From: a virus
Virus record (IMG/VR): IMGVR_UViG_3300045988_160113
Coordinates: 71,791-135,790 of that record
Length of the DNA: 64,000 bases
Reading direction: 5' to 3' (one strand)
The position numbers and the translations under genes were made by a program. The notes under the pieces are model-generated. The model was given only the letters and a program-made list of their open reading frames with translations. It was not told the DNA's origin and searched no databases. Shown piece after piece: positions 53,322 to 62,092 of this stretch (the first letter of the stretch is position 1; every line of letters starts with the position of its first letter).

Positions 53322-53963
53322 ATGAACGGTTATATTTATAAAATTACTAACGATATAAATGATAAAGTATATATCGGAAAAACATTATTGAATATTGAAA
53401 AAAGATTTCTTCAACATAAAAACGATAGTCGGAGAATTAGATTAGAAGTTCGTCCATTATACCGAGCAATAAAAAAATATGGATGTGAACATTTTTATGT
53501 TGAATTAGTAGAAGAATGCCCAATAAAAGAATTATCTAATAGAGAAATTTATTGGATTGATTTTTATGATTCATATAAAAATGGATATAATGCTACTATG
53601 GGTGGAGAAGGTAAACAATTTTATGATTATGACATTATCGTAAGTGAATTTTTATCTGGTAAAACAACAAAAGAAATAATGAATGATTTGGGTTGTTGTA
53701 TTGAAACTGTACGTAATGCTTTACATTTAGCAAATATAGATATAAATACAAATAATTATAAAAAGTATCAAAAGAATTTTGTAGCAAAGGATAAAGACAA
53801 AAAAATTGTTCAAAATTTTTTGACTAAAAGAGAAGCCGCAGAATGGCTAATCAAAAATGGTTATTCCAAAACCGATAACATTAAAAGTATTACAAGTGTA
53901 ATTGGCCGAGTATTGAATGGTCAGCGAGAAAAAGCTTATCATTTTTATTGGGAGTATACTTAG
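53322..53963 (+). CDS. GIY-YIG homing endonuclease
   Basis: NGYIYKITNDINDKVYIGKTLLNIEKRFLQH...REIYWIDFY...NGYN. Confidence 0.85.
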   Translation: MNGYIYKITNDINDKVYIGKTLLNIEKRFLQHKNDSRRIRLEVRPLYRAIKKYGCEHFYVELVEECPIKELSNREIYWIDFYDSYKNGYNATMGGEGKQFYDYDIIVSEFLSGKTTKEIMNDLGCCIETVRNALHLANIDINTNNYKKYQKNFVAKDKDKKIVQNFLTKREAAEWLIKNGYSKTDNIKSITSVIGRVLNGQREKAYHFYWEYT

Positions 53964-54014
53964 TTTATCAAATCTACCTGCGCCGCCATAAGAATTTATA
54001 AAGGAGAATTATCT

Positions 54015-54137
54015 ATGAATTTTCGTACTTACGACCATTATCTCAATCGTATTTCTAAGCTAATGTCTAAGGGTGATACTAATAAGCGTCTGGTCAATAA
54101 GACCAAGCGTCGTCTGAACCAGATGAAGGAGAAGTAA
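54015..54137 (+). CDS. Small basic ORF (40 aa)
   Basis: aaaggag RBS. MNFRTYDHYLNRISKLMSKGDTNKR.... TAATG overlap. Confidence 0.35.
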   Translation: MNFRTYDHYLNRISKLMSKGDTNKRLVNKTKRRLNQMKEK

Positions 54138-54409
54138 TGAAGAAGGTATTTATGTTTTGTCTTGCGCTGGTTATGTGCTTGGTGATTACTGCTTGTAATG
54201 GTCATAACAGTATTGGTGCTGATGCCGACGCGGCCATTCCAGTCTTTACCGACACCGGTATTCGAGTGAAGAATCATCAGGACCGTGTGTATAGTATTGT
54301 CAAAGATACGAATGGTTTTCTTTATTATTGCTCCGATGTAGAAGGTACTCTTGCTCCTGTTTATAGTGAGTATGGGCTTCCTACTAAAGATATGGATATG
54401 TTTGATTGA
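54137..54409 (+). CDS. Lipoprotein
   Basis: MKKVFMFCLALVMCLVITAC signal peptide with lipobox. Confidence 0.6.
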   Translation: MKKVFMFCLALVMCLVITACNGHNSIGADADAAIPVFTDTGIRVKNHQDRVYSIVKDTNGFLYYCSDVEGTLAPVYSEYGLPTKDMDMFD

Positions 54410-54413
54410 TAGC

Positions 54414-54447
54414 CGCGCCGTGAGAGACGATGTTCTTTCACGGCGCG
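54414..54447 (+). other. GC-rich hairpin
   Basis: cgcgccgtga...tcacggcgcg. No T-run. Confidence 0.4.
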
Positions 54448-54505
54448 TGGTCTATAAATTGGTAGGAAAATAGGCTGCGCGAAGAGTGAGAAGATATAAT
54501 GAAAT

Positions 54506-54534
54506 TTGAAAATTTGTTATAGTTATGATATAAT
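54506..54534 (+). promoter_or_regulatory. sigma70-type promoter with conserved leader
   Basis: TTGAAA-17 bp-TATAAT. Confidence 0.65.
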
Positions 54535-54558
54535 TATTATAGAAAGTGAGGGAGAGTA

Positions 54559-54774
54559 ATGAATAAACAGTATATTGACCATATAGTTTTTTGGGGTAAG
54601 CAATGCGCTACAATGAACAAAATTCAGGAAGCAAGAATTGCCTTACTTGATGAAATTATTTTCTATAATGATATGGTAGTTATTCTTTACGACTATGACC
54701 CTCGTGCAGCACAGGAGTTATATTGGAAAACGCATAATATTTTTATTACCAATTTTCCAAAGGAGGAAGAATAA
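54559..54774 (+). CDS. Hypothetical protein (paralogue pair with next gene)
   Basis: ...IIFYNDMVVILYDYDPRAAQELYWKTHNIFITNFP. Confidence 0.45.
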   Translation: MNKQYIDHIVFWGKQCATMNKIQEARIALLDEIIFYNDMVVILYDYDPRAAQELYWKTHNIFITNFPKEEE

Positions 54775-54776
54775 TA

Positions 54777-55021
54777 TGAAACGTGACCTTTATCTTGATT
54801 ATCTTATTCGTTGGAACAAGGCAGATAAAATTGCTCTTAGAGTGAATGAAGCAGAACAAAAGTTTCTTGAAGAAGTTCTTTTTTGGAATAGACTGGGTAT
54901 GATTTTATGTTCTTGTGATTTGAAAACTTCAAGAGAACTTAATGATTGGGTTGGTAACGTTCTCTTTACCAACTATCCTGAGTATTGCGATAAACTTTCG
55001 GAGTATCATAATGCTGACTAA
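54777..55021 (+). CDS. Hypothetical protein (paralogue)
   Basis: ...VLFWNRLGMILCSCDLKTSRELNDWVGNVLFTNYP. Confidence 0.45.
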
Positions 55022-55424
55022 ATCGCAACGTGCTTATTTTCGTGCTGCGCGCGCAGTGAGTGAATTGTCAGATTATCCGCGACATCATCTTGGTTGTGTG
55101 ATTGTTGATAAACATAGAATTGTATCGAGTGGATATAACAGTAATACAAAATGTGATTCTATTCAGGCAAAAATGGATATTGAAAGACACGGAGTATTCT
55201 GTCCTGGTAAAGTTCACGCTGAATGCGCGGCGTTGATGCCGATTTTGAAGAATAAGATAAGTTTGAGTAATGCTGAACTTTATGTGTATAGAGAACATAA
55301 AAATGGAAGTTTGGCTATGAGTAGACCTTGTCCTAGTTGTATGAAGTTGATTAGAAAATGCGGAATTAGATATATCAATTATACAACTGAAGATGGATAT
55401 GCGTTTGAGACATTGGAGGTTTGA
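55011..55424 (+). CDS. dCMP/cytidine deaminase (zinc-dependent)
   Basis: HLGCVIV..., HAECAAL, PCPSCMKLI. Confidence 0.75.
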   Translation: MLTKSQRAYFRAARAVSELSDYPRHHLGCVIVDKHRIVSSGYNSNTKCDSIQAKMDIERHGVFCPGKVHAECAALMPILKNKISLSNAELYVYREHKNGSLAMSRPCPSCMKLIRKCGIRYINYTTEDGYAFETLEV

Positions 55425-55426
55425 GT

Positions 55427-55636
55427 ATGGATTGTGGGTATGGACATGGAGAATGTAAAGCTCCAGATACACAATGCCCTCATTGGCAAGGAACTTTTTG
55501 TGAGTTAGACCAAGGACCGATTATGCGCGACTGTCACAAGTGTGTTTATGAAGGTGCTTATGGTGGTTGTCATGAAAGTCCACTTGGTTGTAAGAAATAT
55601 AAACGTGATGCTCCTGATGGAGGGTATTATGGATAA
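55427..55636 (+). CDS. Small Cys/His-rich protein
   Basis: Start MDCGYGHGEC after ggaggtttgagt. Confidence 0.4.
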   Translation: MDCGYGHGECKAPDTQCPHWQGTFCELDQGPIMRDCHKCVYEGAYGGCHESPLGCKKYKRDAPDGGYYG

Positions 55637-55700
55637 TTTAGAGTTGCTAAAGTTTTGTTCTGCGCGCGGAGTGAAAGTTTAGCAACTTTCTTTTTATAAT

Positions 55701-55729
55701 TTGAAATTTTCAGAAATATATGGTATAAT
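55701..55729 (+). promoter_or_regulatory. Extended -10 sigma70 promoter
   Basis: TTGAAA-17 bp-(TGg)TATAAT. Confidence 0.65.
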
Positions 55730-55760
55730 ATATATAGAAAATGAGAGAGGGGAATTGATT

Positions 55761-56060
55761 ATGAAATATATTATTCGTGATACCTCTACTTATCCTTGGT
55801 TTTCGTTTTGTGTTTGTTCTACTGAATCTGATGCTGAGGAAATGGTACTTGCGCTGAGTGAAGAAGAACTTTACCAGGCTTGGTTTTCTTATACTCAGAT
55901 AAAGGAAGATGATGAACCTGATTTTTGGGAAAATATTAGGATTTATAAAGAGCGCTGTTTCGCGGCTGGTAATACAGTTATTTATAAGACCTTGTTTTGT
56001 TTAGCAATTTATTGTGATACTCCCAATGGTTGGGACTACATGGAAATTGAGGAGGTTTGA
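55761..56060 (+). CDS. Hypothetical protein
   Basis: Start MKYIIRD. Confidence 0.45.
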   Translation: MKYIIRDTSTYPWFSFCVCSTESDAEEMVLALSEEELYQAWFSYTQIKEDDEPDFWENIRIYKERCFAAGNTVIYKTLFCLAIYCDTPNGWDYMEIEEV

Positions 56061-56062
56061 GT

Positions 56063-56371
56063 ATGAAATATGCAATTTACGCTGGTTTGGGTGGTAGTTT
56101 TGGTGGAGCTACTTTTCAGTATGTAGATGATTTTAACACTGAAGAAGATGCTCTGGATACTGCATATTTGCTTGCAGTCCAGGAATACGAAAGTTATGAA
56201 GGTCTTCATGGCCTCCCAAGTTGGGAAGATGTCCGAGATGAACTAAGCGATAGTTATGGTCCAGATGAAGAGCCAAGTGATGATGATATTCGCGAAGTTT
56301 ATCTTGACCACCGTGATAATTGGCTCGATTATAGAGTTGAGAAATACGAGGAGGGTAAAGATTATGAGTAA
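56063..56371 (+). CDS. Hypothetical acidic protein
   Basis: Start MKYAIYAG after gaggaggtttgagt. Confidence 0.45.
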   Translation: MKYAIYAGLGGSFGGATFQYVDDFNTEEDALDTAYLLAVQEYESYEGLHGLPSWEDVRDELSDSYGPDEEPSDDDIREVYLDHRDNWLDYRVEKYEEGKDYE

Positions 56372-56543
56372 TAATTATCGTCCCACTATTGATGAGGCAC
56401 TTGAATCAGTTGAGAAGTTAGATGATATGATTGATATGTTTGCTTATAGTGGCGAGCTTAGTTCTGATGAAGTAGATGAAGCGTGTATGGCATTGACCAC
56501 CATCAAACTCTATATTCAAAGTTCTGTTCCGCGCGCAGAATGA
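56364..56543 (+). CDS. Hypothetical protein
   Basis: Start MSNNYRPT. Confidence 0.4.
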   Translation: MSNNYRPTIDEALESVEKLDDMIDMFAYSGELSSDEVDEACMALTTIKLYIQSSVPRAE

Positions 56544-56561
56544 ATTCAAAGGAGGCTAATT

Positions 56562-56834
56562 ATGGGAAATAAAATTTATATTGTTGAAAATTGTGATAAT
56601 GGCGAGTATTTTGCTTTTACTTCCGAAGTGAAAGCAAAGGAGTTCATGCTAAAGTCTTATCTAAAGAACGACATTATTAATGCTAAGTATTGTGTAGCAG
56701 ATAGTACCAATGTTGATGATGTTGTTAATGTTATCAAAGCTGATATCGAATGTATCCTTGAACAGGGTTATCTTGAAGACACGATGTATATGTCAGTTGC
56801 AGAATTGGATAAGGAAGTAGAAGATGATGAGTAA
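56562..56834 (+). CDS. Hypothetical protein
   Basis: ORF track; RBS aaggagg. Confidence 0.45.
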   Translation: MGNKIYIVENCDNGEYFAFTSEVKAKEFMLKSYLKNDIINAKYCVADSTNVDDVVNVIKADIECILEQGYLEDTMYMSVAELDKEVEDDE

Positions 56835-57297
56835 ACTTGGTAAGATTTTTATTGTTAAATATCGCGCGGGCGAATATAGCAAAGAAGTTTATCCTGTCGT
56901 ATATGAGAATCAGGAGCGATATGTATGTAAGGTTCCTGGCTGCCACGAAATTAGAGAATTCCTCAAAGATAACTCACGCTATGGAGTCATTACTGTTGAA
57001 GAATTTTATCGAGAAGTTCAGATGGGTCTGAATCCTTCCCATGCTTATAAAGTGTTTGTTAGTAATCAGGATAAAATTGATTTCGAAAAGTATCGTACAG
57101 TAAGTCCTAATGAAATCAATTTGAAGAAACTTGAAGCTAAATTAGATTACGACGAAAAGCGTATTGAGATTTGGAAGAATGAAATCGAAGATACCAAAAA
57201 GCGTATTAATGATATGAAAGTTACCAATAGGCAAACCAAAGCTAAAATTGCCCAACTAAAAGCGCTGATTGAAAAGGAGAAAAATGATAATGAATAA
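56824..57297 (+). CDS. Hypothetical protein with C-terminal coiled coil
   Basis: ORF track. Confidence 0.45.
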   Translation: MMSKLGKIFIVKYRAGEYSKEVYPVVYENQERYVCKVPGCHEIREFLKDNSRYGVITVEEFYREVQMGLNPSHAYKVFVSNQDKIDFEKYRTVSPNEINLKKLEAKLDYDEKRIEIWKNEIEDTKKRINDMKVTNRQTKAKIAQLKALIEKEKNDNE

Positions 57298-57628
57298 TTT
57301 TGATGTTTTTATTGGCCCGCGCGGATGTGGTGTTTCTTCTCAGATTGCTGAAGTAGCAGTTGAAAATGATGGAGTGATTGTTGTCCCTACTCTTGTAGCT
57401 AAAAGAGAAATGACCAGTAAAGTTCTTGATGCTTTAGCTAATTCAATGGAAGAGCATCACGTTAATGTATTTACAATTTATGAACTTATTAATGGTAGCG
57501 GAAGAGGCATTGATTATAATCGTCCTATTTATATTGATGACTTTGACAAGTGTTTTATTGAATTGCTTTCCATTCATCATATTGGGAATAAAGTAGTATG
57601 TTATGGTACTACAATGGAGGATATTTAA
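57284..57628 (+). CDS. Hypothetical protein
   Basis: Start MIMNNFDVF after aaggag. Confidence 0.45.
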   Translation: MIMNNFDVFIGPRGCGVSSQIAEVAVENDGVIVVPTLVAKREMTSKVLDALANSMEEHHVNVFTIYELINGSGRGIDYNRPIYIDDFDKCFIELLSIHHIGNKVVCYGTTMEDI

Positions 57629-57629
57629 T

Positions 57630-57980
57630 ATGAATAACTGTGAGTACTACCATGAATACAAAACCATCAAAGGATGGGAAAATTCAGAGCGTCCTATTTA
57701 TGGTAAAGTAGGAGTTTGCTATGGGCAAAAAGAGACACCGGAGTGCTATTATAATGGTTGTCCTGATGAATGTGATTTACTCCGCGCGCGGAATGAAAGA
57801 GAAGCAAGTAAGAAAGTAACATTCAAAACTTACTTTGACCTAATTGTGAATGGAACACCTGAACAGCTAGCATTGTTTGTGGCGAAACTTATTGAAAAGT
57901 CAAAGTCATATCCTAAACTTGGAGATTACAATGTTATTCTTGATTCGTTAAATAGTAAGGTAGATAAAGATGAAGAATAG
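57630..57980 (+). CDS. Hypothetical protein
   Basis: Start MNNCEYYHEY after ggagga. Confidence 0.45.
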   Translation: MNNCEYYHEYKTIKGWENSERPIYGKVGVCYGQKETPECYYNGCPDECDLLRARNEREASKKVTFKTYFDLIVNGTPEQLALFVAKLIEKSKSYPKLGDYNVILDSLNSKVDKDEE

Positions 57981-58155
57981 AGAATATTATGGACTTGTCA
58001 TTTCATTATTCCTTTGTATCCTCTGTATTTTCTGCGCGCATAATGAGTTTGTAAATGATAGACTTTTTGAATGCGGTCTATTTGGTTTTGCAGCAATAAT
58101 CAATGGTTGCTCCGCAGTTATGGAGTGGATTAACAATGGAAACAAAAGACTATAA
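57970..58155 (+). CDS. Small membrane protein
   Basis: ORF track. Confidence 0.4.
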   Translation: MKNREYYGLVISLFLCILCIFCAHNEFVNDRLFECGLFGFAAIINGCSAVMEWINNGNKRL

Positions 58156-58315
58156 AGAAGCTATCGACCTTATAAACACTCCTACTTCAAAATGGATTGG
58201 GAGAAGTGTATATGGAGTATGGTGTTATGAATGTGAGAATTGCCATGCTCCTCAACCCACTTTGAGTAATGATAAATATTGTCCCAACTGTGGATTTTAT
58301 ATGAAAGGAAATTGA
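58136..58315 (+). CDS. Zn-ribbon protein
   Basis: Start METKDYKE. CYECENC...CPNC. Confidence 0.4.
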   Translation: METKDYKEAIDLINTPTSKWIGRSVYGVWCYECENCHAPQPTLSNDKYCPNCGFYMKGN

Positions 58316-58316
58316 T

Positions 58317-58502
58317 ATGGATTATTATTTGCCTACTTATGAAGACATTGAAGAAATGGCTAAAGACTGGCGTCCTAACTATGTTTCTGCACGCAGAGCA
58401 ATACAGCATTTGAATAGAAGTCGAGATAATATGGCAAGTTTTTATGCGCGTGACTGCTATGATTATCTTGAAGATGATGATGAAATGGAGTATGAAAGAT
58501 GA
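58317..58502 (+). CDS. Hypothetical protein
   Basis: ORF track. Confidence 0.4.
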   Translation: MDYYLPTYEDIEEMAKDWRPNYVSARRAIQHLNRSRDNMASFYARDCYDYLEDDDEMEYER

Positions 58503-58699
58503 TTGTATATAGATGCGATAGATGTAAAAGAGACATTGATCTTGGTGTATCTGCCTTTGATGGAGAAGAGTGTCTGACTTTAGATACTAAGCCATATAAC
58601 TATCGTGGATTTAATTCTTCTAAGCATTATATGCTTTGTAAGGATTGTGTGAAAAATTTTGAAGACTTTATGAATGGTTTGGAGGTAGATGCAACGTGA
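58499..58699 (+). CDS. Small Cys-containing protein
   Basis: ORF track. Confidence 0.4.
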   Translation: MIVYRCDRCKRDIDLGVSAFDGEECLTLDTKPYNYRGFNSSKHYMLCKDCVKNFEDFMNGLEVDAT

Positions 58700-59070
58700 G
58701 TTTTAGTAGTCAATTTATTGAAGTGCTTGATGCACTTTGTGATAAGATTGGTATTGCCATTGACTGGACTTCACAGAATATCGTGCCTTATGTAACCGAC
58801 TTAGCTACAAGAATTATTACTTATGAGATTTCAACAAGCGTGGCTTGGATTGTTATTGCGGCAATTGTATTTCTAATCATTTGGAAAATGACTAAGAATC
58901 TGTGCAAAGAAGATGCTTTTGACGATGGATGGTTTTTAGGCTGGGCTATTAGAATTGCTGTAGGCATTCTTTGCTTTGGTGAGATTGGTTTTGAAGTTTT
59001 TGATATCATTGAAGCAGTAGCATTGCCAGAGAAGACATTGTATGATTTTATTACGGGGTTGATGAGCTAA
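58696..59070 (+). CDS. Membrane protein
   Basis: ORF track; GTG start. Confidence 0.45.
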   Translation: MSFSSQFIEVLDALCDKIGIAIDWTSQNIVPYVTDLATRIITYEISTSVAWIVIAAIVFLIIWKMTKNLCKEDAFDDGWFLGWAIRIAVGILCFGEIGFEVFDIIEAVALPEKTLYDFITGLMS

Positions 59071-59309
59071 TGGGACTTGATAGAGATGAGGTTTTATACA
59101 TTACTACGGCTGATGGTACAACGCTCGGTGTTTTGGAAGATTGTGAAGTTACGATTAGTGCGGAGACCATTTCAAGTAGAGAGACAGTGCTTGATGCCGA
59201 TGGCCTAGTAAAGACAAAAGTAAGTAATCGAATTGAAGAGCCACCAGTGATTACAATTACTGGCAAAATGGTTGATTGGGATGCATCTATTCATGTGAAG
59301 ATTGTATAA
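59070..59309 (+). CDS. Hypothetical protein
   Basis: ORF track. Confidence 0.45.
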   Translation: MGLDRDEVLYITTADGTTLGVLEDCEVTISAETISSRETVLDADGLVKTKVSNRIEEPPVITITGKMVDWDASIHVKIV

Positions 59310-59311
59310 TT

Positions 59312-59359
59312 CTGCGCGCAGACTGAATTGTAGTGATATAGCAGTTTGGTCTGCGCGCA
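59312..59359 (+). other. Inverted repeat whose arms each contain GCGCGC
   Basis: ctgcgcgcagac ... gtctgcgcgca. Loop is about 25 nt. Confidence 0.55.
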
Positions 59360-59379
59360 TTATTATAGATAAATATAAT

Positions 59380-59408
59380 TTGAAATTTTTAGAAATGTAT
59401 GATATAAT
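59380..59408 (+). promoter_or_regulatory. sigma70-type promoter with conserved leader
   Basis: TTGAAA-17 bp-TATAAT. Confidence 0.65.
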
Positions 59409-59440
59409 ATATATAGAAAGTGAAAGAGAGGAAATTGATT

Positions 59441-59752
59441 ATGGCTCGTATTAATGAACTTACTCATAGAGAGTCGTTGTTTAGTATAATTAGTGAATAT
59501 GGTCATCTTGAAAAAATAGATGAAATTCTCTTTATTACTCCTCGTAACAGTGTTATGGCTATGATGTTTGATGATTCCAAAATTCAAAGAAAAATCTCTG
59601 CTAGAGAGTTTTGCTTTTTGCGCGAACTAAACGTTCGTGAAATTTGGAAAGAACTGTATGGCGATAAACCGTATGAAGGTATTAGACAAGACAAATATCT
59701 TATTGGTTTATGGAAAAGATATTATGAAAGTATTCTTAGAGGAGAATTGTAA
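59441..59752 (+). CDS. Hypothetical protein
   Basis: Start MARINELTH. Confidence 0.45.
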   Translation: MARINELTHRESLFSIISEYGHLEKIDEILFITPRNSVMAMMFDDSKIQRKISAREFCFLRELNVREIWKELYGDKPYEGIRQDKYLIGLWKRYYESILRGEL

Positions 59753-60273
59753 TGGATAACTATATCATGCTCAATGGTGAGAAAATTGAACTTACTGATT
59801 TTCAGTCTGGTATGCTTCAGATGATGGTTGATGATAAAAAACTTGGTAATCGAGATATCTTTGATAGAGTAAATAAGAATGAGAAATATTATTTCATTGC
59901 CGAGAATGGTAAAGTCGAAGAAGATAAAGATACTCGTGATCCGGTTGACGATGACCTTTATCATGTTGCTAGTTATTGTACTGATAAGCGCATTATTACT
60001 GAGCGTTCCTATGATGAAGTAGTTAATCGTTTACTTTGGCGCTATGCTTACCGTGCAAATGGTGGTAAGCTAGACCCTAATGGTGATGGTATGAAGTATA
60101 CTATCATTTGGAATGATGCGAAAAATAAATTTGAGCCTAAAGCAGAACCTTGGAATGTCAGCATTCAAGGTGCAATTTATTTCAAGAATCTTGCTGATGC
60201 TTATACGGCTATTGAAGGTATTATTATTCCATTTTGTGTGGAGTTAGTGTCAGGAGAAAAGAATAATGGATAA
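59752..60273 (+). CDS. Hypothetical protein (paralogue pair)
   Basis: MDNYIMLNGEKIEL...YCTDKRIITERSYDEVVNRLLWRYA. Confidence 0.5.
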   Translation: MDNYIMLNGEKIELTDFQSGMLQMMVDDKKLGNRDIFDRVNKNEKYYFIAENGKVEEDKDTRDPVDDDLYHVASYCTDKRIITERSYDEVVNRLLWRYAYRANGGKLDPNGDGMKYTIIWNDAKNKFEPKAEPWNVSIQGAIYFKNLADAYTAIEGIIIPFCVELVSGEKNNG

Positions 60274-60811
60274 CTATATTTGTATTGATGGTGTGAAGGT
60301 TTTACTAAATGATTCACAGATTTCTGAACTGCGCGCGACTTTGGAGAAGAGAGAAGCCGACAAGAATTCTCCCTTTAAGCGTCAGAAGTATGGTGATGAT
60401 TATTATTGTATCACCAGTGATGGAGAAGTAAATATTTTTCCCGATTTTGCTCTTGGTTGTGATTCGATTCATCATAATATTGCTAATTATTGTACTGATA
60501 AAGAACTTCTCAAGCAGCGCGCACTTGAAGAAATTCTTGCGCGTCGGCTCTGGCGTTACTCTATGGAACATGGTGGAGATAAGATTGATTGGAGTGACGA
60601 TAGGGATAAGTTCGCAATTTATTATGATGCTGAGAATGGTTCGTTTTATATTACTAATAATGTAGATTGTCAAATCACCAGCACAGCCTATTTTGTAGAC
60701 CGCGAAACCGCTATAAATGCCATCAAAGAAATTGCTGAGCCGTTTATGAAAGAGTATCCTGGCTTCAAAAGTTATAGAACTTGTTATGCACATGACTCGA
60801 AAGGAGAATAA
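60266..60811 (+). CDS. Hypothetical protein (paralogue)
   Basis: MDNYICIDGVKVLL...YCTDKELLKQRALEEILARRLWRYS. Confidence 0.5.
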   Translation: MDNYICIDGVKVLLNDSQISELRATLEKREADKNSPFKRQKYGDDYYCITSDGEVNIFPDFALGCDSIHHNIANYCTDKELLKQRALEEILARRLWRYSMEHGGDKIDWSDDRDKFAIYYDAENGSFYITNNVDCQITSTAYFVDRETAINAIKEIAEPFMKEYPGFKSYRTCYAHDSKGE

Positions 60812-60812
60812 T

Positions 60813-60950
60813 ATGAAAGTTTATGTGACTTATATTTATAATGAAGTTATTGACGTACCTGATGATGCTACTGATGATGAGATTGGTGATATTTGTGCAG
60901 AAGAAGCGCCAAGAGGGGATTATGATGAATTTAGTTGGGAGAAATATTGA
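60813..60950 (+). CDS. Small acidic ORF (45 aa)
   Basis: aaaggag RBS. Own translation MKVYVTYIYNEVIDVPDDATDDEIGDICAEE.... Confidence 0.35.
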   Translation: MKVYVTYIYNEVIDVPDDATDDEIGDICAEEAPRGDYDEFSWEKY

Positions 60951-61315
60951 TGGGCTATACTGATTATGAACCATTAGTAATTCCAATGGTAGAATATTTC
61001 AATTCTCACAGACTAAAAACTATTATGTCTTGCCAAGGGCATAATCAAACTAATATGTCTATGTTTTGGATTGGCTTTGATAGTAGCGTGACAGAAGAGG
61101 ACATCATCAAATTTCAACGAGCACACTTGGATGAGAATGGTAATTTCTGTATTTGCGGACGTATGAATAAGCGTTATGTTGTTGGTGAGAATGGAGTATG
61201 GACTCGTTTTGAGTATGATGCGGCCACAGTAGATGCCGCAGATATGGATTTACTTCATTGGATGCTAATAGATAAATATCACGAGAAACGTAGCGAAATT
61301 GATAGCGAAGCATAA
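60950..61315 (+). CDS. Hypothetical protein
   Basis: Start MGYTDYEPLV; TGATG overlap. Confidence 0.45.
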   Translation: MGYTDYEPLVIPMVEYFNSHRLKTIMSCQGHNQTNMSMFWIGFDSSVTEEDIIKFQRAHLDENGNFCICGRMNKRYVVGENGVWTRFEYDAATVDAADMDLLHWMLIDKYHEKRSEIDSEA

Positions 61316-61419
61316 CCTATAGTAAAAGCTGAATAGTCGTAAATAAACAATTATTTTGAATTCAATGAGAGTAGAAAAATTGATAGTGTAGAAACTACGA
61401 TTGAAGTAGTTGGAATAGG

Positions 61420-61458
61420 AAAACGAAGTGGATTTATTTCTACTTCGTTTTTCTTTTG
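61420..61458 (+). terminator. Rho-independent terminator
   Basis: aaaacgaagtgga-loop-tctacttcgtttt followed by T-run. Confidence 0.65.
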
Positions 61459-61517
61459 CTCTATGTAGGTTGATAGAAAGACAGTAGTTCGGTCTGCGCG
61501 CGAAGTGAGAGTAAAAT

Positions 61518-61546
61518 TTGATTTTTCGTCTTATTTATGCTATAAT
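61518..61546 (+). promoter_or_regulatory. sigma70-type promoter
   Basis: TTGATT-17 bp-TATAAT, preceded by TCTGCGCGCGAAGTGAGAG. Confidence 0.65.
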
Positions 61547-61577
61547 ATATTTATAAAGATAAGAAAGGAGTCTATTC

Positions 61578-62078
61578 ATGACTACCGAACAAAAGAATCG
61601 CATTGCTGAAATTGATTCCCAAATTGCTTCTCTTATGAAAGAAAAAGAAACTATCAATCCTTACTCTAATCTCAAATCATTCTCAAACAAAAATTTTGGT
61701 GAAGCATGGAGTGAACCTCACATTCTTGCGCGCTGCCCATCTTTTACTAAAGTAGATAGTAAAGGTTATGACTTCATTAGTGATGGGCTTGGCAAAGTAG
61801 AGGTAAAGTCTTGCCGTTTGCCTGCCACGACAGTAAATCAATGCCATCCGAATGATTGTGATTATTTTCTTTTTGCTCTTTATGATTGTGATGAATGTGA
61901 AGACCACCTTTATCTCGTCCCAAGTAAGAACTTTATGGAGTTTTCTCCTACTGTTCAACATGATAGAGGTGAGTCTGGTTGTTACTCTATGTCTCTAAAG
62001 ACAAAGAGACGTCAAGAACTTTTGAAGCAATATAAAGTAAGTTACAATGAACTTGAACTGCGCGCAGCGAATAACTAA
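61578..62078 (+). CDS. Putative PD-(D/E)XK restriction-endonuclease-like protein
   Basis: GYDFISDGLGKVEVKSC (D...ExK). Lies directly upstream of the MTase. Confidence 0.4.
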   Translation: MTTEQKNRIAEIDSQIASLMKEKETINPYSNLKSFSNKNFGEAWSEPHILARCPSFTKVDSKGYDFISDGLGKVEVKSCRLPATTVNQCHPNDCDYFLFALYDCDECEDHLYLVPSKNFMEFSPTVQHDRGESGCYSMSLKTKRRQELLKQYKVSYNELELRAANN

Positions 62079-62092
62079 ATGGAGTGATATTT

